Assembly: GCA_051313645.2 (NCBI GenBank)
Contig: JBNRSN020000008.1
Coordinates: forward strand, 205,716,001 to 205,780,000
DNA length: 64,000 nt
Source of the DNA: Centroscyllium fabricii
Lineage: Eukaryota
Reading direction: 5' to 3'
Part shown: in pieces, positions 27,001-39,000 of the stretch
Layout: each line of letters starts with the position of its first letter
Numbering within the stretch: the first letter of the stretch is position 1
Translations under genes and position numbers: made by a program
The notes under the pieces: generated by a model
Database searches by the model: none
Told to the model about the DNA's origin: nothing
What the model saw: the letters and a program-made list of their open reading frames with translations, nothing else

Positions 27001-30000
27001 TCAGAGGTGATCTCATTGAAACATATAAGTTTCTGAGGGGGATTGACAGGATAGATGCTGAGAGGCTGTTTCCCCAGCGGGGGAGTCTAGAACTAGGGAA
27101 CATAGGGTGCAAAATTGGTGCTCTAGGGCTGGCCCGTTAGCGCCCAAATGGGTGCGAATCGGGCGCCACACAATTAGCGCTAAGAATAGCGCCCAGCACT
27201 AAATTCAGCTGGGCGCTAAGTTGGGGGCTAACTGGTCGCACCCCAATGAATTCAGCGCCCAGCTAGACATCGCGAATGACGTCATCAGGCTGCTCAGCGC
27301 CTGGGAGGTGCCTGCAGCCGAAATTGGGCAGCGCCCGCCATTTTGTCGCTGAGCGCTGCCCACGCCAGCTTTCCCCTGCCCAAACAGCAGCGCTCCAGCG
27401 CCGCTTAAAGGGGAGTGCGGCGGTCGGCCATTTTTACTGCTGGCCGACTGCCCGCACCTTTCCCCTCGGCCTTCCCCCGCTGCTCCCCGGCGGGGTGAGG
27501 CCTCCGTCAGCTGAGCCCGGCACTTCCCTCCAGTGCCGGGCTCGTTCTCCGCCTCCTGCTCCCTCGGCGGCCCCGCGGGGCTCCGGCCGCAAGCGCGCTA
27601 GGCCCCTCCCCTTTAATGGGGGAGGAAGGCCAGCCGTTCCGCGGGCCGCCGCTGCGGCCTCCTTCGCACAGCACTGCCCCAACGCCCCAGTATTCGGCTG
27701 CCTCGCCACAAAGTGCACGCTGACCAGTTTTTCCCCCATAGTCTCAGGATAAGGGGTCGGCCATTTGAGACTGAGTTGAGGAGGAATTTCTTCACTCAGA
27801 AGGTTTGTGAACCTTTGGAATTCTCTACCCTAAGGGGCTGTGGATGTTGAGTCGTTGAGTATATTCAAGGCTGAGATAGAAAGATTTTTGGACTCTGGGG
27901 GAAATCGAGGGATATGGAGATTGGGCGGGAAAGTGGAGTTGAGGTCGAAGATCAGCCATGATCTTATGGAATGGCGGAGCAGGCTCGAGGGGCCGAATGG
28001 TCTACTCTGTTGTGTTTTGAGTTTGCTTTAATTAAGTTTTTCCCAGTGCCGGGGTGTTACCTGAAGGGAGGGGCCTGGGGGGTCCTGTTTGACTTTAGTT
28101 TCACTTTCGTTTTGGGGTTCTGCTTTGCAGACCATGTGCTGTAATGTTCACCAACTTACTCAGTAAATAGTTAAAGGTACATTCCGTCTCCTCTACTCAT
28201 TACTGTTCGGTCAAGATGCAATATACTCCTGCTCCTATTTCTTATGTTCTTAAGTCTTCATGGCCTGCTCCAGGGGTATGGTAATGTAACGGCCCTGGAC
28301 AAGCAACTTAAAGTTCAAACTCCACGGAGACAAGTTATGAAAATGAAACGAAGAAATCTAGCAAGGTAAAGCAGAATACTGTGGCTGCTGTACAAGGGAC
28401 TTTACAGCCATCCGGCCTCAACATCGAGTTTTACAACTTTAGATCATAACCACTGTTCCCATCTTTTCGAAAACCACTTACACCTCCTCTGGTCTCATCA
28501 TTTGTTTTTTTACTTGTCCCATTACCATCCACTTTCACCTCGCACCATCATCCCTTTCATCATTCAATCTCTCCTGCCCTCCACACTATCACAGACCTTC
28601 CCTTTTCTTCTCTCCACCGCCTGCCCCTCGCCCCGTCCGCCCACCTTTTTCCCTGCCTCTGTACTTGCTTAAAACCTGTTACATTTCTAACTTCTTCCAG
28701 TCCTGATGAAAGGTTATTGATCTGAAACATTAATAATTAATACAAACAATAAATGCTGGAAATATTTATCTAATGAAAGATATACTTGTCTTAGTGAGAA
28801 ACTTTCAAATGTTGGTGTTCAGAGAAATTTGGGTGTCCTCGTGCAAGAAACATAGAAAGCTAGCATGCCGGTACAGCAAGCAATAAGGAAGGCAAATGGC
28901 ATATTGGCCTTTATTGCAAGGGGATTGGAGTATAAGAGTAAGGATATCTTGCTACAATTTTACAGGGCCTTGGTGAGATCACACCTGGAGTAATGTGCAC
29001 AGTTCTGGTCTCCTTATCTAAGGAAGGATGTATTTGCCTTGGAGGCAGTGCAACGAAGGTTCACTAGATTGATTCCTGGGATGAGAGGGCTGTCCTGTGA
29101 TGAGAGATTGTGTAGAATGGGCCTATACTCTCTGGCATTTAGAAGAATGAGAGGTGATCTCATTGAAACATACAAGATTCTGAAGGGGATTGACAGGGTA
29201 GATGCGGAGAGGTTGTTTCCCCTGGCTGGAGTACCTAGAACTAGGGGTCATAGTCTCAGAATTGTCATAGGTGGGATTCCGCTTTAAGGATTCCCCTTTA
29301 AATTCTGGTGCCCCTTCTCCCTTAAATTGGATAATACCTCGTTTACGAGTGCAATACACCTGAGTGTACCTCGTTTACTAGGACATTACCTGATTGGACG
29401 GCCCTGATCAATCAATGTAGCTTGAGCTGCTTATAAGCTTTGACCTGGCTCCAGGAAGGGGCCGGATCGTTAAATCTGCAACTAGGAATCAGGTGTTCGG
29501 TCCTAGCTCTGGGGAGGCAGTCGCATTGTGGGGTGTACCTGCTTGTAGAAGAAATGGATTCTCCTTCTGGAAACTCTGTTGGAGTTAGTCCCCTCGGTGG
29601 AGCGGACCCTGGAGAATTCCTGTTTCTGCATTCTGGACTGAATGCTCTCTATCACCTGAACTCTGGTTTGGACATTAATTCTGTTACTATGATGCCCCTT
29701 CTGTTATTATGATGCTCTTGGCTGAGTGTCCTGGGGGTTCCGAAGCATTTACCATAGTTCCAGTTCCTAACTCTCTGATGAAGTAGTCGTTGTAAAGGGT
29801 TCTACTCACAGAAGAATAACTTGTTCCAGTTCCTAACTCTCTGATGAAGTAGTCGTTGTAAAGGGTTCTACTCACAGAAGAAAATCTTGTTCCAGTTCCT
29901 AACTCGCTGATGAAGTAGTCGTTGTAAAGGGTTCTACTCACAGATGAATAACTTGTTCCAGTTCCTAACTCTCTGATGAAGCAGTCGTTGTAAATGGTCC

Positions 30001-33000
30001 TGCTCACAGATGAATAGCTTTCCAGTTCCTAACTCTCTGATGAAGTAGTCGTTGTAAAGGGTTCTACTCACAGAAGAATAACTTGTTCCAGTTCCTAACT
30101 CTCTGATGAAGTAGTCGTTGTAAAGGGTTCTACTCACAGATGAATAACTTGTTCCAGTTCCTAACTCTCTGATGAAGCAGTCGTTGTAAAGGGTCCTGCT
30201 CACAGATGAATAACTTGTTCCAGTTCCTAACTCTCTGATGCTCTTAGCTGAGTGTTCTGGGGGTCCGAAGCATATTATGAATGTCCTGCTCGCAGAGGTT
30301 TTAGATTCTCCTTCTAGAGCTCTGTGTTGGAATTATCTTCTATTACCTGAACTCTGTTTAAGAATTGTTGGTCTCTGTATTGTAGTATTTGACTTTATGT
30401 ATATATATTGTTTAGCTACATAGAAATAAAGGGAATCTTAGTTCTAGATTGACTTCCGGTGTCTTGCATTTGGGCCCCACCACCCAAACGTTACAGGAAT
30501 AAGGAGTAGGCCATTTAAGACTGAGATGAGGAGGAATTTCTTCACTCAGAGGGTTGTGAATCTTTGGAATTCTCTGCCCCAGGGGGCTGTGAATGCTGAG
30601 TGTTTGAATTTATTCAAGGCTGAGATAGATAGATTTTTGGACTCTAGAGGAATCAAGGGATATGGAGATCGGGCGGGAAAGTGGAGTTGAGGTCGATGAT
30701 CAGCCATGATCTTATTGAATGGCGGAGCAGGCTTGAGGGGCCATATGGCCTACTCCTGCTCTTATTTCTTATGTTCCTAGAGGCAGTCCAACAAAGGTTC
30801 ACTAGATTGATTTCTGGGATGAGAGGGTTGTCCTATGAGGAACGATTGAGTAGATTGGGCCTATACTCGCCGGAGTTTTGAAGAATGAGAGGTGATCTCA
30901 TTGAAACATACAAGATTCTGATGGGGGATTGACAGGGTAGATGCTGAGAGATTGTTTCCCCTGGCTGGAGAGTCTAGAACTAGGGGGCATTGTCTCAGGA
31001 TAAGGGATCGGCCTTTTAAGACTGAGATGAGGAGGAAGTTTTTCACTCAGAGGGTTGTGAATCTTTGGAATTCTCTGCCCCAAAGAGCTGTGGATGCTCA
31101 GTTGTTGAGTATATTCAAGGCTGAGATAGATTTTTAGAATCTAAAGGAATCAAGGGATCTGGAGATCGGGCAGAAAAGTGGAGTTCTGTCAATGATCAGC
31201 CATGAACTTAATGAATGGCGGAGCAGGCTCGAGGGACTGTATGGCCTACTCCTGCTCCTAATTTTTCTGTTCTTACTCAGCAGGTCAGGCAACATCCGTG
31301 GAGAGAAAAACAGAGTTACCATTTCAGGTTGATGACCTTTTGTCAGAACATTAACTCTTGTTTTCCTATCCCCAGATGTTGAGTGGTTCCAGCATTTTCT
31401 GTTTTTAAATCTAGCAATTTGTTGGCTAGCATGGGGAAAACAAATGATGATATAAGCTGCCTGAAAAACCCAACTGGTTCCACAAATGCCACTCCTACCT
31501 CATCTGGCCTACAAGTAACTCCAATCCCTCTGGTGGCCTTGCAAGCTGGGTCAACTAGGGATGAACAATAAATGTAGCCTTGCTGGTGTCGCCTACATTC
31601 GGAGAACACTTTCGATAATTGTGGCCATGCCAGCAGGGCCCTGAAGTGCTCCCTTAGTCCCTCAGAACATATGACGTAGGAGCAGGAGTAGGTCATTTGG
31701 CCCCCCGAGCCTGCTCCACCATTCAATAAGATCATGGCTGATCTGATCTTGGCCTCAACTCCACTTCCCTGCCTGCTCCCCATAACCCTTGACTCCCTTA
31801 TCGTTCAAAGATCTGTCCATCTCCACCTTAAATATATTCAATGACTCCGCCTCCACAGCTCTCTGGGGAAGAGAATTCCAAAGATTCACGACCCTCAGAG
31901 AAGAAATTCCTCCTAATTTCTGATTTAAAAGGGTGCCTCCTTATTCTGAAATTATGCCATTGGGGAGTTTGGGGAGCTCAAATCATAGAGTTAAGACTGT
32001 ATGGAGGATGTATCATGGAGCATTCGCACTAGCTAACTCTTTCACAAAAAGAAAATACTGCAGATGCTGGAAATCTGAAATAAAATCACAGCATGCTGGA
32101 GATACTCAGCAGGTCAGGCAGCATCTGTGAAGAGAGAAACAGAGCCAATGCTTCAGGTCGATGACCTTTCGTCAGGTAACGCTTTCTCCTGCTTCACCCA
32201 TTGTAGTTAGGGTGAGAGGACGCTTGTGTGCAGCATAAACACTGGCATGGACCAGTTGGGACAAATAGCCTGTTTCTGTGCTGTAAATTCTATGTACTGT
32301 GACAGACTATCAAAAGCTACCTCCCTCCACCCCTGTACTCACAACCTCACGCTGTAGGGCAGTGCAGAAGAGAGATCAATGCAGCACACCAGATAGCTGA
32401 AAAAGAGTATTCTGTGGTGGCACGCCCACTGGGACTTCTAATCCGCCACGGGAACTCCGCGGAGCAAAGCCCCGCTCATCCGGGTGACGCGACGACGTCA
32501 CCACGTCTGCCGACGCGATGACGTCACCAACCGCGGGACTGTTTAAATATGCTGGTTGCGAGTGGTTCACTCTCTTTCTTGTTTAGCTCTAGTGTATTAA
32601 AGTTGTGTTTTCTCTAGCTCTCTGGCTCACGTGTGGTTCCTAGGCCTTGCCGGCGCTACAGTGGTGACCCCGAATTGGAACGACTTCCAAAGAAGAAAAG
32701 CTGCCGCAGGATCTGGGACCACCAGCCAAAGAACTTTTTAAACGGAAAACATGGCAAGAGCAAGGAACCAAGCTCCACGAACGCAAGGACTTGGCCAGAA
32801 CTTCGGACATGGACAAACTCTACCCGAGTTCTGGGAGCAACGGCCAGCGGCCTGGTTTATGTGCATCGAGACCAGCTGCCGCACACATGGCATCAAGGGG
32901 GACGACCGCTACGACCTGGTGTTCTCAGCCCTACCGCAGTCGACGATCGATCGGATGTGGTCAAAAATACAGCATGTGCCCACTACAGGCAGGTACGAAT

Positions 33001-36000
33001 CTCTTAAGGCCGCGCTCATAATTTTTTTTACCCCCTCTCAATTTGAGCGCGACTGCCAGCTCCTTGACCTCCCCGAACTCGGGGACACAGACCCATTGGA
33101 CCTCTTAGGTCAGATGCAAGCGCTTACACCCAATCCCGCCTCCCTGTTCCGCACCGTCTTCCTCCTTAAACTGCCCCGCTCCATCAGACCGGCCTTGGCG
33201 GCCCTTGGCCAATGGAGCGACGACGAGCTCGCAGAGGAAGCCGACAGGCTGATGGAGGCGCAGCGCACCCGCTCGACCACGTGCGACCCTAACTCCGCAT
33301 CGGTAGAGCGCAGCCAATCACCCCCCAGGCCCAACTTTACGCCTGAACCTAGGGCCCCGCGCCCACCTAAACAACCGCGTCCCTCTAGCACCGGCTGGTG
33401 CTACTACCACACGCGGTTCGATAACAAAGCGCACCGCTGCGTCCAGCCATGCGCGTTCAAGCCACGGCCCAACTCAGCCCCCACCATGTCTGTAGGCCAC
33501 ACAGGAGCACTGCTCTTTGTTACAGACAGAGGCACAGGCCTTAGGTTCCTCTGCGACACAGGCGCACAGCACAGCATCGTGCCAGCCTCCCCTGCAGAAA
33601 CCAAACAAGGCACCCGGGGCCCGCCACTAGCGGCGGCCAACGGCTCCAGTATTAAAACGTACGGCACCCGCAAGCTTACTATTAAACTTGCAAGCCACAC
33701 GTACGCCTGGGATTTCGTCACAGCCCAGGTCACCTCACCCCTCCTCGGGGCAGATTTCCTCTGCGCCTACGGCCTACTGGTCGATGTGACCCGGCGCCGC
33801 TTGGTCAACATAAATACCATGACGACCATCCCATGCTCCACAGGGCCCGCACTCCTGGCCCACGAGGCAGCCCAATGCCGCTCACGGAACTCAGATGCCT
33901 ACGGCACACTACTTGCAGAGTTGCCCGCCCTAACCAACCCCACGTTCACCGCCCGCCAGGCCAAACACGGGGTGGAAAACTTTATAACGACCACAGGCCC
34001 TCCCGTCCATGCCCACGCCCGTAGGCTCGACCCGGCCAAGCAGGAGATCGCGCGCACCGAGTTCCGCACTATGGAGCAACTCGACATTATCCGCCGCTCC
34101 AACAGCCCCTGGGCCTCTCCTCTCCACATAGCCCCCAAGCCCGACGGAGGTTGGCGCCCCTGCGGCGACAACCGCTGCCTAAACAACGCCACCACCCCGG
34201 ATAGGTACCCCGTACCCCACATCCAGGATTTTTCCGCCAGATTAGCGGGCTGTACGATCTTTTCCAAGATCGACCTGGTGCGTGGCTACCACCAGGTTCC
34301 CGTGCACCCGGCGGACATCCCTAAAACGGCCGTTATCACCCACTTCGGGCCCTTCGAGTTCCTCAGGATGCCCTTCGGCCTTAAAAACGCGGCCCAGGCC
34401 TTCCAGCGCCTCATGGACTCGGTCCTACGGGACTTGAAGTTCATTTTCGTCTATTTAGACGACATCCTCGTGGCCAGCACCTCCCCCCAGGAACACCTCC
34501 TGCACCTCAGGACCCTGTTCCAGCGCCTGGCCGAGCACGGCCTTATATTAAGCCCCACCAAGTGCAAATTCAGCCTCGATACTATTGACTTCCTCGGCCA
34601 CCGCATTTCCCAAACAGGGGCCATACCCCTGCCCTCCAAGGTGCAGGCGGTACAGGAATTCCCCCGCCCGCACTCCATTAAAGGGCTGCAGGAATTCCTA
34701 GGCATGGTTAATTTTTATAACCGCTTTATCCCGGGAGCAGCCGCTCTCATGGCCCCCTTATACCAGGCCACCCGCGGGCAGTCCAACAAGGCTGCGGTCG
34801 AGTGGACGGCCGACGCCGCCACCGCCTTTACCGCAACTAAAACCGCCCTGGCAAACGCCACCCTCCTAGCCCACCCTAGGCCCAACGCCAGAGTAGCCCT
34901 CACCACCGACGCCTCCGACCACGCAGTCGGGGCCGTATTTGAGCAGTGGACCGGCAACTCGTGGCAGCCCCTGGCCTTTTTCAGCCGGCAACTCCGGCCC
35001 CCAGAGGTTAAATACAGCGCCTTCGATAGGGAGCTCCTCGCTCTCCATCTGGCAGTGCGACACTTTCGTTTCCTCTTGGAGGGCCGCCACTTCACAGCCT
35101 TCGTCGACCATAAGCCACTCACGTTTGCGATGGCTAAGGTCGCCGAACCCTGGTCGGCCAGGCAGCAGCGCCAACTCGCGGCCGTGTCGGAATTTACAAC
35201 CGACATCCAACACATATCCTGCCGCGACAACGTGGTCGCTAACTGCCTCTCACGCCCCACCATTAACGCCGCCCAAATGGCGGTCGATTACGCCCAGCTG
35301 GCTGCCGACCAGCTGGCCGACCCCGACCTGCTCAACGCAGCAGCAAACCTCCCTGGCCTCCACTTGGCCAATATCGCACACGGCCCCGCTGCCACCGTCG
35401 TCTGCTGCGACGTATCCCTGCCGCAGCCCAGGCCCGTAGTCCCCCACGCTTGGAGGCGACACATATTTAGGACCCTCCATGACCTGTCCCACCCCGGCAC
35501 CCGTGCGTCCATCAAATTAATCTCGGCCCGGTTCGTATGGCGCGGCCTGCGCAAGGACGTTCGCGCCTGGGCCAGCTCCTGCATTGCCTGCCAGCGCTCC
35601 AAAGTGCATAAGCACATCAGGGCACCGCTGGAAACTTTTAAAGTGCCGGCCAGACGCTTTGACCACGTCCATATCGATCTCGTCGGGCCACTACCGCCAT
35701 CCCGGGGCCACACGCACCTAATGACCATGGTCGACCGCAACACTCGCTGGCCAGAAGCAGTCCCCCTCACCGCCACCGGCACCACGGACTTGGCCAGGGC
35801 GTTCATCGCCACCTGGGTCGCCCGCTTCGGCGTGCCCACAGACATCACCTCCGACAGAGGACCCCAGTTTACGTCGGCATTATGGGCGGCCATCGCCCGC
35901 GACCTCGGGGTAACACTACATCGAACCACCGCATACCACCCACAAGCGAACGGGCTATGCGAACGGTTCCACTGCTCAATGAAGGCATCACTACGAGCCA

Positions 36001-39000
36001 CACTCAAGGACGCGTCGTGGACCGACCGCCTTCCATGGGTTCTCCTCGGGCTGCGCTCGGCAGTCAAGGAAGACCTAAACGCCTCGGCAGCAGAACTCAT
36101 CTACGGCCAAACATTAACAGTGCCGGGCGAGTTCCTAGCTGAGCCCAACGCTCCCTGGTCAGCCGACCAGTATTTAAAAGACTTCGCCAACCCGGCATGA
36201 GCTTTCCAGCCACTACCAGTGGCCCGGCACGGAGAGCCGGCAGCTCGGGTGCCGGACGGCATCAAAAACGCTAAATTCGTGTTCGTCCGGCGCGACGGAC
36301 ACCGATCTCCACTACAGCCACCGTACGATGGCCCCTACAGAGTGCTTCGGGCGGGAGCTAAAGCTTTTGAACTACAAATGGGCAATAGAACTGAAATGGT
36401 GACAATAGACCGGCTCAAGCCGGCACACGTTATAGCGGGAGAGACAACGGTCCCCGCACAACCACCACAACGCGGTCGCCCTCCCGCAACAAAACCCGCC
36501 CACACTCCACCGCAGAACCAGAAGCAACATGCAACACGGTCCGGCCGCATCATCCGGCCACCCCAACGGCACACATAGACTCTGTTACTATTCCTCCTGG
36601 ACGGATTCTGGGGGGAGCTGTGTGGCGGCACGCCCACTGGGACTTCGAATCCGCCACGGGAACTCCGCGGAGCAAAGCCCCGCTCATCCGGGTGACGCGA
36701 CGACGTCACCACGTCTGCCGACGCGATGACGTCACCAACCGCGGGACTGTTTAAATATGCTGGTTGCGAGTGGTTCACTCTCTTTCTTGTTTAGCTCTAG
36801 TGTATTACAGTTGTGTTTTCTCTAGCTCTCTGGCTCACGTGTGGTTCCTAGGCCTTGCCGGCGCTACAATTCCATAGCACGGAGTGAAAGGAGGTCATTT
36901 AGCCCATCAAGCTCACTCCATCCAGAGTCCATGCATGTTTATTTGATCATACATCTCTTCCCCAAACTCCCCATGACCACTTACTATTCCTTAAATAAGA
37001 GAGCAACAAGATCCTTTCCGTACCTTCACTGGGGGGAAAAAAGTCAAGCAGTGCTTTTGTTATCTCTGTGGCTGTCAAACCCCTTGCCCAAGAGATAGCG
37101 ATCCAGCGCTCATTCAAATGACTCAATCAGCTCCCTGATCTTATTCCAAATCATTCACAAATATTGTGAAGGTTAGAGGTCCCAGAACAGGTCTTTCTGG
37201 AACACTAATGGTTCATTTATCCACAGGCAGAGTATTTTTCATTCGTCACCATCTTCAGCTGTTATGCCAGTTCTCAAATGGTCCAATTTGCCATCCATGC
37301 CACAATCCTTAACCATCCCTAGAAGACTCACATAAGGAACTTTGTCGAATGCCGTTTGAAAATCCAACTAACCTACATTTGCTGGATCACCCTCACCCAT
37401 TAGCTTGTTGCCTCTTCAAAGAATTGCAGTTGGGGATTATAAATGTCTTCTAAAGGCAATCTGACGGTTCTTTGTAATAGTATCCATGGAATGCTCTCGA
37501 GCTTTTCCCCCTACTTTAGATATTTGGTTAACCAATCTATAATCAGTGGGTTTGAATTAATTATTTTGAAGATTGTAAACTCATCGGCTATCTCCCAGAA
37601 ACTCAGATACTACTCCAGTCTATCAGGAGCTCTGAAAAACATCGAAGGATCGCTAATCTCCTCCTGTAATTCAAAGCATGGCCGACCAATGGTGGAGCGA
37701 TGATAATTGGATGCGCGCAGAGGAATGTTCCTGTCTGGATCCCCCGCAGGCTGCTTACCAGCTTTTCAATACAAGAAACTGCGCAGGCGTGAAAATTTGA
37801 ATGGGCCACGCCACCCATTAAAAGGACCGTGCATCCCAAAAAATTAGAGGGAACATTAGCGCAGAGATCGCGGAGGAATTTAGGGCTGGAGGAGGTACAG
37901 AGCTAGGGAGGAGCGAGGCCATGGAGGGATTTAAACACAAGAATGAGAATGTTTAAATTGAAGGGATTCGCAAAATTTTATGTGTTCCCCCCGAAGATTT
38001 TATTGGACTTATTAAAAGGAACCCTGGTGTGACTTTGTTTAAAAATCCAGGGCCTGTCTAAATGGCTGCGGTCGGACACAGGACCAAAACCTGTGGCATT
38101 TTGAAATTGGATCTGTTACAGATTGGCAAGCTGCAAGTTTAAAATCTGTAGCACCCTTTTCACAGAAGCAGACAGATGCCTTTGAATAATACAGCAGGGC
38201 AAACTCAGATGCATTCATGCCCTGGAACGGGCCATTAAAGATTGTTTACTTAAACAATCAAAATTCAAGCAGTAGGAGTCCAAGGTCTGGAATGGCCCAT
38301 CAAGGAATGTTCGGGACAATGAAGAAGCGGTTATGGGCCGATCAGGGCCATTACTGGCCGTTAAGGTAAATAGGCCAAGATCGGGGCCCTTTTGTTTGGA
38401 GTTTTCGTGCCCAAAGTCAAATAATGGAGCGGATTGATGGGGCGCAAAACAAACGATTACCAGGAGGGTATAACTGGGGAGTCCCAGACCCTCTCTCTCT
38501 CTCTCAGCCTCAGCCCGGTACCCTGCCTGTCTGCTAGCAACTAAGAAGGAAGACCATCCAGAAACATCGTAGCCACTTTTCGACAGCAGCAGCAGGGTAC
38601 AGGGTCAGTTTCTTTTCATCTATTCCACCGGTGAGCATCATTTTTTCTGGCTGCCACAAGACAACCTAGCTGGGTGTAAGGGTTGAGAGTTAAAGGGGTA
38701 TTGCTAAAATTGTAATTTTAGAATTTTCCCCTCGATGTGTCCGTTTCTTCCACCCCGCTAAGTGTAAAACTGTACTGTATTCATAGTGATTTCGTTTTGT
38801 ATAATACTGTTTATCTTGTAGTTTCAGCTTCTGTTAATAAACATTTGTTTTCCTTGCACCAATCCACTGGTCGGTTCGTTTGTCTTCATTACCGCTCGAT
38901 AAGTCCTGAGCTCAGAACCAGGAAGGGGAAAGTGATTTGCAACCACACAGCGGGCAGGACAGCTCAGAAAAAATGTAACTGATTGACCTACAATAAGCCC

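Larger units (their letters stand above)
26960..31270 (+). mobile_element. Cluster of CR1 3' fragments hosting a MITE, solo LTRs and a Penelope remnant
   Basis: Repeated ESRTRGH...[16 protein letters not shown] coding segments and tails. Confidence 0.85.

Noticed and set aside
29758-30240. CRISPR-like array or repeat-protein ORF
   Set aside because: Head-to-tail units with no unique spacers, in a eukaryotic LTR context
35288-36100. 270-aa antisense ORF in the Gypsy element
   Set aside because: Expected shadow ORF of GC-rich coding sequence, with no motifs
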